From contig JALUTT010000025.1 in the NCBI GenBank assembly GCA_027021705.1, positions 1 to 38,801 of the forward strand: DNA of 38,801 bases. The letters run 5' to 3'. Both the position numbers and the translations under genes were made by a program. The notes beneath the pieces were generated by a model that was not told where the DNA came from, searched no databases, and saw only the letters and a list, made by a program, of their open reading frames with translations. The stretch is from Anaerolineae bacterium. Lineage in GTDB: Bacteria > Chloroflexota > Anaerolineae > S140-20. Below, piece after piece: positions 1 through 8,172 of the stretch (positions are counted from its first letter, which is position 1; each line of letters starts with the position of its first letter).

Positions 1-400
1 CCGCCGACAGCTATCCGTTGACAGCCATTCGCTCAATCCGTTCAATCCGCTCCCAAATCCGTTGACAGCCATCCGTTCAATCCGTTCCTTGAATCCGCCG
101 ACAGCTATCCGTTGACAGCCATTCGCTCAATCCGTTCAATCCGCTCCCAAATCCGTTGACAGCCATCCGTTCAATCCGTTCCTTGAATCCGCCGACAGCT
201 ATCCGTGGACAGCCATTCGCTCAATCCGTTCAATCCGCTCCCAAATCCGTTGACAGCCATCCGTTCAATCCGTTCCTTGAATCCGCCGACAGCTATCCGT
301 TGACAGCCATTCGCTCAATCCGTTCAATCCGCTCCCAAATCCGTTGACAGCCATCCGTTCAATCCGTTCTTGAATCCGTTGACAGCTATCCGCTAACAGC
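1..400. repeat. Tandem array of a 94-bp unit (4 copies plus a degenerate tail; possibly truncated by the window edge)
   Basis: The unit CCGCCGACAGCTATCCGTTGACAGCC...TCCGTTCCTTGAAT restarts at 1, 95, 189 and 283. Copy 3 has one substitution and copy 4 a 1-bp deletion. The unit is built from (A)ATCCGTT and TTGACAGCC sub-motifs, with no unique spacers. Confidence 0.95.
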
Positions 401-430
401 CCCCCGTTCCCAACGGACTGGAGGAACAAA

Positions 431-3400
431 TTGGGCAGAAGAGGACGGTTGGAACCGGTCGGAATCCTGTTCGCCTTCGCCGTCGGCCTGGCGCTGATGG
501 GGGCTTTCGGCGGCCAAGGGGATGCTCTCTCGGCTTCCCCCACCCCCTCTTCTCCCCTCCCCACCCCCCTGCCCTCCCTGCAAGAGGGCCTGCGTCCCCT
601 CCCGCCTGACACACCGCAGCTCCAGGCCCTGCGCGAAGCCGCCTTCCTGCTGGGCGAGGGTGACCGCCTCAGCGCCGCCGGCCAACAGGAAGAAGCTCGG
701 GAAAGGTGGCGAGAGGCGGCGGAGGCCTATCGCCGGGCAGAAGAGCCGCTGGGCGAAGCGGAAGCCTACCTCCGCCTGGCCGATTCCTACGTCCAGGCCG
801 GGCTGCTCAACCCTCAGAACCAGCAGAGGGCCTTCGATTCCTATTTCCAAGCCCTCCTGGCCGCCAGTCAGGTCTACGAGACACTCATCCAGGAGCGCTT
901 TCCCTACGACCAGGAAACGCTGGCCCAGGCCGAGGCCCGCTACGACGAAGGGGTAACCCTTATCCAACAGGGCCTGTGCGCCCAGGCCATCCCCCTGCTG
1001 GACGAAGCCCGCCGCCTCTACGCCCAAGCCGACTTTGGCGCCGGCGAGGTCCGGGCCCTGGCCTTCAAAGCCCGCTGCCTGGCGGCTCAGGACGACCCCC
1101 TCAGCGCCCTCAATGCCCTGACCACGATGCTGGAGGCCGTGCCCATCGTCCAAAGCCTCCCACTGGGCACCTCGACCGATGAGACCTACCTAGAGGGCCA
1201 GGACCGGCTGGCCCAGGGCGATTTGGATGGGGCCCGGGCTGCCTTCGAGAAGGCCCTGGCCGGCTACCAAGAGGCCGGGGAGCCCGACAACGTTGCCCAG
1301 GTCACCCTGGACCTGGCCAGCGTCTACGCCCTGCAAGGGGACTACCCCCAGGCCGAGCGTCTCTACCGCCAGGCCCTGGCCGCCTTCGCCGCGCAGGGGG
1401 ATCGCCGGAACGAGGCCACAGCCTGGCACAACCTGGGCAACCTGACCGTCATCACCGGCCGCTATGAAGAGGCCGTCACCGCCTACCGGACCGCCCTCCA
1501 GACCTGGCAACGCCTGGGCGATCCGGCCAATGAGGTCGCTTCCCTTAGCGGCTTGGGGCTGGCCCTCCACGGGCAGGGGGAGTACGCCGCTGCCCTGAAC
1601 GTCCTCGAGCGGGCTCTCGCCCTCCAGCAACGGCTGTCGCCCAACCCGGAGATCGAGGGCGACCTGCTCAACAACCTCGGTCGCGTCCACTACAGCCAAG
1701 GCGACTACCGGCAGGCCCTCGAACGCTTCCGGCAAGCCCTCGCCTTGCGCCGGGAGCTGCCCTACCGTCTGAAGGAAGCCGAAACCCTCTCCAACATCGC
1801 CGCCGTCCACGCCAGCCTGGGCCGTTTCGAGGAGGCGCTGACAGAATACCAACAGGCCGTCGCCCTGGAAGCGGAGCTGGGGTTGCCCCTCCTGGAGGCC
1901 AAGACCCGCCTCAACATCGCCGCCGTACAGATTCAGCGGGGGGAGTACCAGGCCGGCATCGCCACGTACCTCCAGGCCCTCCCCACCTTCGTGGAGCAGG
2001 GCGAGCGTCCCACCGAAGCCGCCATCCACCTCAACGTGGGCAGCGCCTACATCCTGCTCGGTGACCGGGATGCCGCCCGCGCTCACCTCGCCCAGGCCCT
2101 GGACCTCTTCGCAGCCATCGGGAACCCTGAAGGCGAAGCGACGGTCCACACCAACCTGGGGCTGTTGGCCCTCCAGGAGGGCGATTTGGACGGAGCCGAG
2201 CACCACCTGCAACAGGCCCTGACCCTCTGGCGCGACCTGGGCAACGCCACCGCCGCCGGCCGGGTGCTGGGCAACCTGGCCCTCCTCGCCCTCGGCCGAG
2301 GAAACCTTCAGGCCGCCCTGGACAACGCCAAGGCAGCCCTGAGCCAGAGCGAGACCACGGGCAATCAGGCCGACCAAGGCCGCCTCCTGATCACCATCGG
2401 CCTGATCCGTCTGGCCCAGGACGACGCCTCGGCGGCCCTGGACGCAGGGGGGCGGGCGCTCGCCCTCGCCGCTCAGGTGGGCGATCCGCTGGCCACCATC
2501 GGGGGCCACGTCGTCCTCGCCCTGGCCTACACCCTCCAAGGGGAGCGCCCACGGGCCTACGAACAGGTCCAGGAGGCCATCGCCCGGTTGGAAGCCCTTC
2601 ACGGGACCATCACCGTGGCCGAGTTGAAGACCGCCTTCCTGGGCAACCTGGCCGATCTCTACGGCCTGGCCGTCTTCCTGGCCACCGAGATGGGCCAACC
2701 CGAAGCCGCCTTCCGGTACGCCGAACAGGCCCGGGCCCGTGCCTTTCTGGACCAGTTGGCCAACCGTCGGCTGGGCTTCCGACGTGCCCTGGACCCGGCC
2801 TTGGCCGAAGAGGAGAGCCGACTGCGCCTCGCTCTGCGCGCGCTGGAGCAGCAACTGGCTCAGGAACGGGCCCGCCCTGTGAACCGGCGCCGGGAGGCGG
2901 CTATCGAGCAACTCACCCTCGAACTGGACCGCCGCCGCCAGGAATATGCCCGCATTCTGGCCGAACTCCGCCTCCAGAGCCCCCGCTACGCCGCGATGGT
3001 CAGCGGTGAGGTCCTCCCCTTGGCTCAGATCCAGGCCCTCCTGGATGACCGAACCACCCTGGTCGCCTACTTCCTGACCGCTCCTACGATCTCCCTCCTC
3101 CTCCATCCTGACCGTGGAAGCCCATCAGGAGCCGGCGAAGAGGGCTATGGATGCGATGGAGGCTGCGCCTACGCCTTCGTGATCCGCCACGACCGCTTCA
3201 CCCAGGTCCGGCTGCCCCTCTCCACCCGCGAGATCGTCAACCTGGTCTACCATGTTCGGGATCAGATGGGACCTCAGCCTCTGGCGGACCCGACCGCAGC
3301 GCTGGTTCAGCTCTACCAGGGGCTGATCGCCCCCCTGTTGCCCGAGCTGCCCCCCGGACGGCTGGGGATCATCCCCCACGGCTCCCTCTTCTACCTCCCT

Positions 3401-4228
3401 TTCGCCGCTCTGACCGATGGGGAGCGGTGGCTGGACGAGACCTACACCCTCTTCTACCTGCCCAGCGCCAGCCTGCTTCCCTACCTCGCGGACGGGTTCT
3501 CGGATTCGTCGGATGCATCCCCCCTGATCCTGGCCTACCCGGCGCCCCCCGGTCAACCTCGGCTGCGCTACGTGGAGGCCGAAGCCCGGACCGTCGCCCG
3601 TCTCTACGGTGTCTCCCCCTACCTGGGCCCCGAAGCGCAGGAGCGCCGGGTCAAAACCGACGCCCCTCAGACCTCCCTCCTGCACATCGCCGCCCACGGC
3701 ACTCTCGACCCCCGGGCTCCCCTCTTCTCCGCCTTGCTGTTGGCCGGCGATGAGGAGGAAGACGGCCGGCTGGAGGCCGGCGAGGTCTACGACCTGGACC
3801 TGAGTGCAGCCCGGCTGGTCGTGCTCAGCGCTTGCCAGACCCAGGGAGGCGAAGGGGTGGCAGGAGATGAGGTGATGGCGCTCCACCGGGCCTTCCTCTA
3901 CGCCGGGGCTCCGGCCGTCGTCGCCACCCTGTGGAACGTGGACGACCGGGCAACCGAGGAACTGATGGAGACCTTCTACGAGCACCTTCGCAGGGGAGCT
4001 CCGGCCGACGAGGCCCTGCGCCGGGCCCAGCAGGCAGTGCGTCAGCGTTACCCCTCTCCCTACTACTGGGCAGCTTTCACCCTGACCGGCGATCCCTCGA
4101 TCACCCTGCCGGGCCCCGGCACCTCCCCGCCGACATCGCTGCCCCAGGCGCCGTGCAGCCTCGGGCTGGGCTTGTTGGTGGCCGGGGGGATCGGGGGGCT
4201 AAGGCTTCGGAGACGGCGTCGGCAATGA
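431..4228 (+). CDS. TPR-CHAT (caspase/separase-like) protease, 1265 aa, with an N-terminal signal-like segment and a C-terminal hydrophobic/Arg tail
   Basis: TTG start with GGAGG RBS. Many ~40-aa TPRs (e.g. EATAWHNLGNL, EAETLSNIAAV), then AERARARAFLD-like pre-CHAT helix (AEQARARAFLDQL). CHAT motifs IIPHGSLFYLPFAAL, LLHIAAHG (His), LVVLSACQT (Cys), VVATLWNVDD and PYYWAAFTLTG. Confidence 0.93.
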   Translation: MGRRGRLEPVGILFAFAVGLALMGAFGGQGDALSASPTPSSPLPTPLPSLQEGLRPLPPDTPQLQALREAAFLLGEGDRLSAAGQQEEARERWREAAEAYRRAEEPLGEAEAYLRLADSYVQAGLLNPQNQQRAFDSYFQALLAASQVYETLIQERFPYDQETLAQAEARYDEGVTLIQQGLCAQAIPLLDEARRLYAQADFGAGEVRALAFKARCLAAQDDPLSALNALTTMLEAVPIVQSLPLGTSTDETYLEGQDRLAQGDLDGARAAFEKALAGYQEAGEPDNVAQVTLDLASVYALQGDYPQAERLYRQALAAFAAQGDRRNEATAWHNLGNLTVITGRYEEAVTAYRTALQTWQRLGDPANEVASLSGLGLALHGQGEYAAALNVLERALALQQRLSPNPEIEGDLLNNLGRVHYSQGDYRQALERFRQALALRRELPYRLKEAETLSNIAAVHASLGRFEEALTEYQQAVALEAELGLPLLEAKTRLNIAAVQIQRGEYQAGIATYLQALPTFVEQGERPTEAAIHLNVGSAYILLGDRDAARAHLAQALDLFAAIGNPEGEATVHTNLGLLALQEGDLDGAEHHLQQALTLWRDLGNATAAGRVLGNLALLALGRGNLQAALDNAKAALSQSETTGNQADQGRLLITIGLIRLAQDDASAALDAGGRALALAAQVGDPLATIGGHVVLALAYTLQGERPRAYEQVQEAIARLEALHGTITVAELKTAFLGNLADLYGLAVFLATEMGQPEAAFRYAEQARARAFLDQLANRRLGFRRALDPALAEEESRLRLALRALEQQLAQERARPVNRRREAAIEQLTLELDRRRQEYARILAELRLQSPRYAAMVSGEVLPLAQIQALLDDRTTLVAYFLTAPTISLLLHPDRGSPSGAGEEGYGCDGGCAYAFVIRHDRFTQVRLPLSTREIVNLVYHVRDQMGPQPLADPTAALVQLYQGLIAPLLPELPPGRLGIIPHGSLFYLPFAALTDGERWLDETYTLFYLPSASLLPYLADGFSDSSDASPLILAYPAPPGQPRLRYVEAEARTVARLYGVSPYLGPEAQERRVKTDAPQTSLLHIAAHGTLDPRAPLFSALLLAGDEEEDGRLEAGEVYDLDLSAARLVVLSACQTQGGEGVAGDEVMALHRAFLYAGAPAVVATLWNVDDRATEELMETFYEHLRRGAPADEALRRAQQAVRQRYPSPYYWAAFTLTGDPSITLPGPGTSPPTSLPQAPCSLGLGLLVAGGIGGLRLRRRRRQ

Positions 4229-5469
4229 CCAACGCGCCAGCGGGCCCAAAGCGTCGGAAAGATGGCTCAGGTGCCCCCGGCCCGCCCTCCCGATCCGCAG
4301 CGATCCGGGCCGCCGCAGCCCGCGACCGCCCCTACCGGGCCTTCGGAGAGCGGCTGCGGGCCTGGCGGCTGCGGGCCGGGATCGCTACCCAGCGCCAACT
4401 GGCCGAACGCCTCGACTACGATTACACCGCCATCTCCCACTGGGAGAGCGGCCGCCGCTGCCCTCCGCTGGACGTCCTGATCCGGCTGGTTGAAGTGCTG
4501 GTCGAAGCCGGCGGCATCGAGACCCCCGAAGAAGCCAACGAACTGCTCCGGCTGGCCGACCGACGCCCCCTTAACCCCGAGGAGGTCCAGCGCATCTTCG
4601 GCTCGACCGCCACCCCGGCTTCAAACAGGGGGGCCGGGCTCCCCCCCCGGCCTATCCCACCGGAAGAGGGGCCCGGCCCCCTTGTCGCCTCCGCTCCTCC
4701 GAGAGAGGCGACGACAGTAGAACGGATTGTCACGGGACTCCGCCGGCTGTGGACTTCTCACCGCCGATGGGGGCTCCCCCTGCTCCTCTCGCTCCTTCTC
4801 CTCGCCCTCCTGCTCCGTTTCCTCGGCGCCCCCTGGTTAGCTCGCCACTACAACACCCAGGGTCGCCAGGCCCTGCTTCAGGCACAGGACCCGGTGCGGG
4901 CGATGGACCGCTTCCGCCGGGCGGCCCGGCTCGACCCGGCCTCGGCGGTCTACCCCTACAACCTGGCCTTGGCCTGCCAGGAACTGGCCGACCTGGAGTG
5001 CGCCATCGAGGGCTATCGGGCTGCGCTGGAACGCAATCCCGATATGGTCCAGGCCTATAACAACCTGGGCACCCTGTTCATCCAGGTGGGCCGGTACGAC
5101 GACGCCATCCAGCTCCTGCGTCAGGGGGTGGCGCGGACGGCGGAGCCAACGATGACCGCCGTCCTCTACAAAAACCTGGGGGCAGCCCACTACGCCAAAG
5201 GGCTCTACCGGACCGCCCTGGAGGAACTGGAATGGTCCCGGTCATTGCTGGAATCGGCCGGCAAGCCGAACGCGAACACCTACGTCTGGCTGGCGGAGGT
5301 CTTCTGTCTGATGGGACAGGTTCACGACGCCCTCGGTCATCCCGACGATGCCCGGCGGGCCTGGCTCAACTGCCTGGGGCTGGCCGGCGCCATAGATACC
5401 CCCCTCGGCCGCGAGTGGGCGACCGAGGCCAGGGAGCGATTGCAACAAGCGGGCAGGGAGAGTCCGTAA
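4225..5469 (+). CDS. XRE-family HTH + single TM + TPR membrane-spanning regulator, 414 aa
   Basis: ATG overlaps the CHAT stop (ATGA). XRE HTH FGERLRAWRLRAGIATQRQLAERLDYDYTAISHWESGRRCP, Pro-rich linker, TM WGLPLLLSLLLLALLLRFLGA, then TPRs (YPYNLALA, AYNNLGTL, LYKNLGAA). Confidence 0.88.
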   Translation: MTNAPAGPKRRKDGSGAPGPPSRSAAIRAAAARDRPYRAFGERLRAWRLRAGIATQRQLAERLDYDYTAISHWESGRRCPPLDVLIRLVEVLVEAGGIETPEEANELLRLADRRPLNPEEVQRIFGSTATPASNRGAGLPPRPIPPEEGPGPLVASAPPREATTVERIVTGLRRLWTSHRRWGLPLLLSLLLLALLLRFLGAPWLARHYNTQGRQALLQAQDPVRAMDRFRRAARLDPASAVYPYNLALACQELADLECAIEGYRAALERNPDMVQAYNNLGTLFIQVGRYDDAIQLLRQGVARTAEPTMTAVLYKNLGAAHYAKGLYRTALEELEWSRSLLESAGKPNANTYVWLAEVFCLMGQVHDALGHPDDARRAWLNCLGLAGAIDTPLGREWATEARERLQQAGRESP

Positions 5470-5493
5470 GCGAGGGGACACGAGGAGGGGGAA

Positions 5494-6633
5494 ATGGGAA
5501 GGAAGAGCTTCTGGTACTACTGGCTGCTGCTGACAGGGGTGCTGATCCTGGCGGGGGTCGCCTGTGAGGAGGGAACGCCCGGCCCAACGGCGGAGGGACG
5601 GGCTGTCGCCACCCCGGTACCGACTCCTGCTTCAGCGATCTTGCCCAACCTGCTGATCCAGACCGAAGGTCAGGTCGCCCTCCGGCGGCTGGACTGGTAC
5701 GACTACCGGCCGGCCCCCTTCGGCGTGGAATTGCAGCCCGGCGACCTGCTGCGGATCGGGCCGGGAGGGCGTGCCCTCATCTTCTGTGGAGAGATCGGCA
5801 TCCTGGACCAGAACCCCATCCCTATGGGGGAAGGAGACCATCAGCCGATCCCCTGCTCCTCCTGGAGGCCGATCCCTTTGGAGGATCTCGCTCCACCCCG
5901 AGGCGGTCTGGAAAGCATCCCCTACGTCATCTTCCCCCGAGCCACCCGGCTGCTGAACCCCCGCCCGACCCTCCGATGGCACCTCTTGACCGGCATCACC
6001 ACCTACACCGTCTCCATCCGGGGTCGGGAGGGGATCGTGGCCTCGGCCCAGGTGCAGGGCAACGTCTGGCCCTATCCCTCCCATCTTCCCCCCTTATCGC
6101 CGGGGGAATCCTACCAAGTCATCGTCGAAGCCAACGGATATTCCTCAGAGGAAGACCCCACACCCTGGACGGGCTTCACCCTGCTCAGCGAAGAAGAAGC
6201 GGCAGCCGTCCACCGCCTCCGCGAACGGCTGGAGGCTCTTCCTCTGGAGGAATCGGCCCGCCGGCTGCTGACGGTGCACCTCTACACCGCCTACGAACTC
6301 AGGGGCGAGGCGCTTGAGCTGTTGCAGGGCGATGCTCTCATCCAGCAGGAGCCTGTCCCCGCCCGGCTCCTGGCCGACCTCTACTTCGATACTGCCCTCT
6401 ACGACGAAGCTTGGACCGCCTATCAGCAGGCCCTGCAACGGGCGGAGCAGTGGGGGGATTCGGAGGGGGTGGGGCTGGCCCTCGTCGGACTGGGATTGAC
6501 CAGCCACCATCTGGGGGATACCGCCAGCGCCGTCCGCTTTCTGGAGCAGGCCAAAGCCTTCTTCGAGGCGTTGGGCGACCGGAGGAGGACAGAACGGATC
6601 GAGGAGATACTGCAGGGGCTCCAAGGCCCGTAG
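5494..6633 (+). CDS. Putative lipoprotein with FecR-like N-terminal region, DUF928-like beta domain and C-terminal TPRs, 379 aa
   Basis: GAGGAGG RBS and signal peptide ending LAGVA-C (lipobox-like). TEGQVALRR...LQPGDLLRIGPGGRALIFC is FecR-like. PYVIFPRATRLLNPRPTLRW resembles the CHAT-associated DUF928-type segment. C-terminal TPR pair. Domain names are pattern-based. Confidence 0.75.
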   Translation: MGRKSFWYYWLLLTGVLILAGVACEEGTPGPTAEGRAVATPVPTPASAILPNLLIQTEGQVALRRLDWYDYRPAPFGVELQPGDLLRIGPGGRALIFCGEIGILDQNPIPMGEGDHQPIPCSSWRPIPLEDLAPPRGGLESIPYVIFPRATRLLNPRPTLRWHLLTGITTYTVSIRGREGIVASAQVQGNVWPYPSHLPPLSPGESYQVIVEANGYSSEEDPTPWTGFTLLSEEEAAAVHRLRERLEALPLEESARRLLTVHLYTAYELRGEALELLQGDALIQQEPVPARLLADLYFDTALYDEAWTAYQQALQRAEQWGDSEGVGLALVGLGLTSHHLGDTASAVRFLEQAKAFFEALGDRRRTERIEEILQGLQGP

Positions 6634-6649
6634 GGCCTGGCAGCCCCTC

Positions 6650-6835
6650 TCACCGCGTCCGGCTCACCAGGTGGTCCAACACCAGGAAGATGCCCAGGGC
6701 CAGCACGCCGAAGAGGCCCAGGAGCTGCCATCCCGACAGACGAACCCAGACGACCAACCGCAACTGCCGCCAGATCAACCAGAAGGCCAAGAGGATCGCC
6801 AACCCCACCAGACACCCACTGCCTCGAGATCGCAT
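6650..6835 (-). CDS. Small two-TM membrane protein, 61 aa
   Basis: GAGAGG RBS and two hydrophobic segments; follows 6849-7040 in operon-like spacing. Confidence 0.7.
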   Translation of the reverse strand: MRSRGSGCLVGLAILLAFWLIWRQLRLVVWVRLSGWQLLGLFGVLALGIFLVLDHLVSRTR

Positions 6836-6848
6836 TGGATTCAGCCTC

Positions 6849-7040
6849 TCAATTCGTCATCTGTAGGAAGAGCAGGACGAAGATCGCCACCAGGATGATC
6901 AGACAACCCAATTGCAACAGCGCCTTGCCCAGCTTGAGCAGGAGCTGCAGGACGAAGAGGGCGACCACCAGCCCCACGACGATCTTGACGATCAGGATGA
7001 GCTCGTCCAGGGTCAGGCCCAGAAATCCTTCGCTTCCCAT
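6849..7040 (-). CDS. Small hydrophobic membrane protein, 63 aa
   Basis: ATG immediately after the lipB stop, GAGAGG RBS, two hydrophobic segments, and a near-consensus promoter upstream. Confidence 0.7.
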   Translation of the reverse strand: MGSEGFLGLTLDELILIVKIVVGLVVALFVLQLLLKLGKALLQLGCLIILVAIFVLLFLQMTN

Positions 7041-7811
7041 TCAATACCTCTCAACCATCGGCCTCATCGCGCCGCCTTCGACTCCCGGCACCTCTATGAT
7101 AAGCCCTTCGGCCTCCTTTGTCAACTTCTCAAGGGCCTCCCTTGGGAGAGGTCGCACCCGGAAGGTGCGGAGGAAGGCCACGACGACCGCTTTGACGACC
7201 TCCTCCATCGGGATAGGCCGGCCCAACAGCCGGGCCAGCGAGGTGACCCTTCGGTCGGCGATGCCACAGGGGACGATGCCCTCGAAGTAGCTCAGGTCGG
7301 GATCCACGTTGAGGGCGAAGCCGTGGCTTGTGATGCCCCGGGCATCCACCTTGACGCCGATGGCCGCGATCTTCTCCGGTGTCCCCTCCGCTCCTCCAAC
7401 CCAAACGCCTGTGTAGCCCGGCTCCCGATGGGCCGGGACGCCCAGCGCCCCCAGCGCCTGGATGAGCACCTCCTCCAGCGCCCGCAGGTAGCCGTGGTAG
7501 TCGAGCCCGTAGTCGGCCAGGCGCAGGATCGGATAGCCGACCAACTGGCCGGGGCCGTGGTAGGTGACGTTGCCCCCCCGGTCCACGTCGTAGAGGGCGA
7601 TGCCCCGCCGGGCACACACCTCTTCGGAGAGCCGCAGGTGCTCCCGCCGGCCGGAGCGCCCGAAAGTGTAGGTAGGCGGATGCTCCAGCAGCAGCAGTGC
7701 ATCGGGCCGCCGGCCCTCAGCCCGTGCCGCCGCCCACGCCCGCTGGAAGGCCCACGCCCTCCCGTAGTCTATACGACCCAACCACCGGAGAACGCACCTG
7801 GCAGAATTCAT
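7041..7811 (-). CDS. lipB: Lipoyl(octanoyl) transferase LipB
   Basis: LLLEHPPTYTFGR, DRGGNVTYHGPGQLVGYP, KIAAIG, HGFALNV and IVPCGI motifs; adjacent to 2-oxoacid dehydrogenase genes. Confidence 0.95.
   Translation of the reverse strand: MNSARCVLRWLGRIDYGRAWAFQRAWAAARAEGRRPDALLLLEHPPTYTFGRSGRREHLRLSEEVCARRGIALYDVDRGGNVTYHGPGQLVGYPILRLADYGLDYHGYLRALEEVLIQALGALGVPAHREPGYTGVWVGGAEGTPEKIAAIGVKVDARGITSHGFALNVDPDLSYFEGIVPCGIADRRVTSLARLLGRPIPMEEVVKAVVVAFLRTFRVRPLPREALEKLTKEAEGLIIEVPGVEGGAMRPMVERY
7096..7124 (-). promoter_or_regulatory. Sigma70-type promoter inside the 3' end of lipB
   Basis: TTGACA (7124-7119), 17 nt spacer, TATCAT (7101-7096). Confidence 0.6.
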
Positions 7812-7835
7812 CTCACAGTTGGGACAGCTCCTCCC

Positions 7836-8108
7836 TTAACCAAGCCTGCCAGCGATCTCATAGCTGGTACGGGCTTCATAGATTTGTTCATCCGGTGAAT
7901 AGTCAATCACGGAAAATCCATGCTCGGTCAGGAGCCGGTAAAACTCGTAGCGATCGCAATTCAAGATACGAGCACCAAAACCAGAAGAGATCTTCCCTTG
8001 CTCGTACAGATGGCCAAGGGTATAGATCACCACATGTCGAGCAAATTGCTCCCGGTCCTCCCTCACAGCGACCAGCAACTCTTCGGGAAACGTCACTTGC
8101 ACGCTCAT
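7836..8108 (-). CDS. UPF0175-family protein (antitoxin-like HTH), 90 aa
   Basis: [32 protein letters not shown] matches the UPF0175 pattern. GGAGG RBS; visibly lower GC than neighbours. Confidence 0.8.
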   Translation of the reverse strand: MSVQVTFPEELLVAVREDREQFARHVVIYTLGHLYEQGKISSGFGARILNCDRYEFYRLLTEHGFSVIDYSPDEQIYEARTSYEIAGRLG

Positions 8109-8157
8109 TTCATCTCTCCCTCCACCCAAAGGATACAAGAGCAAGCTATCATCAAGG

Positions 8158-8166
8158 ATTATAGCA
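8158..8166 (-). promoter_or_regulatory. Extended -10 promoter element upstream of the UPF0175 gene
   Basis: TGCTATAAT on the minus strand just after the lpdA stop. Confidence 0.55.
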
Positions 8167-8172
8167 CATTTC

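Noticed and set aside
156..347. 63-aa ORF in the repeat array
   Set aside because: It is only a translation of the tandem repeat (the 94-bp period is not a multiple of 3) and has no RBS.
1..400. CRISPR or guide-RNA array next to a CHAT protease (Craspase-like)
   Set aside because: The units are identical end to end with no unique spacers, and no cas genes are in the window.
3931..4224. N-terminal extension of the XRE-TM-TPR ORF (512-aa version)
   Set aside because: It overlaps the CHAT catalytic C-terminus in another frame; the ATG at 4225 with ATGA coupling is more plausible.
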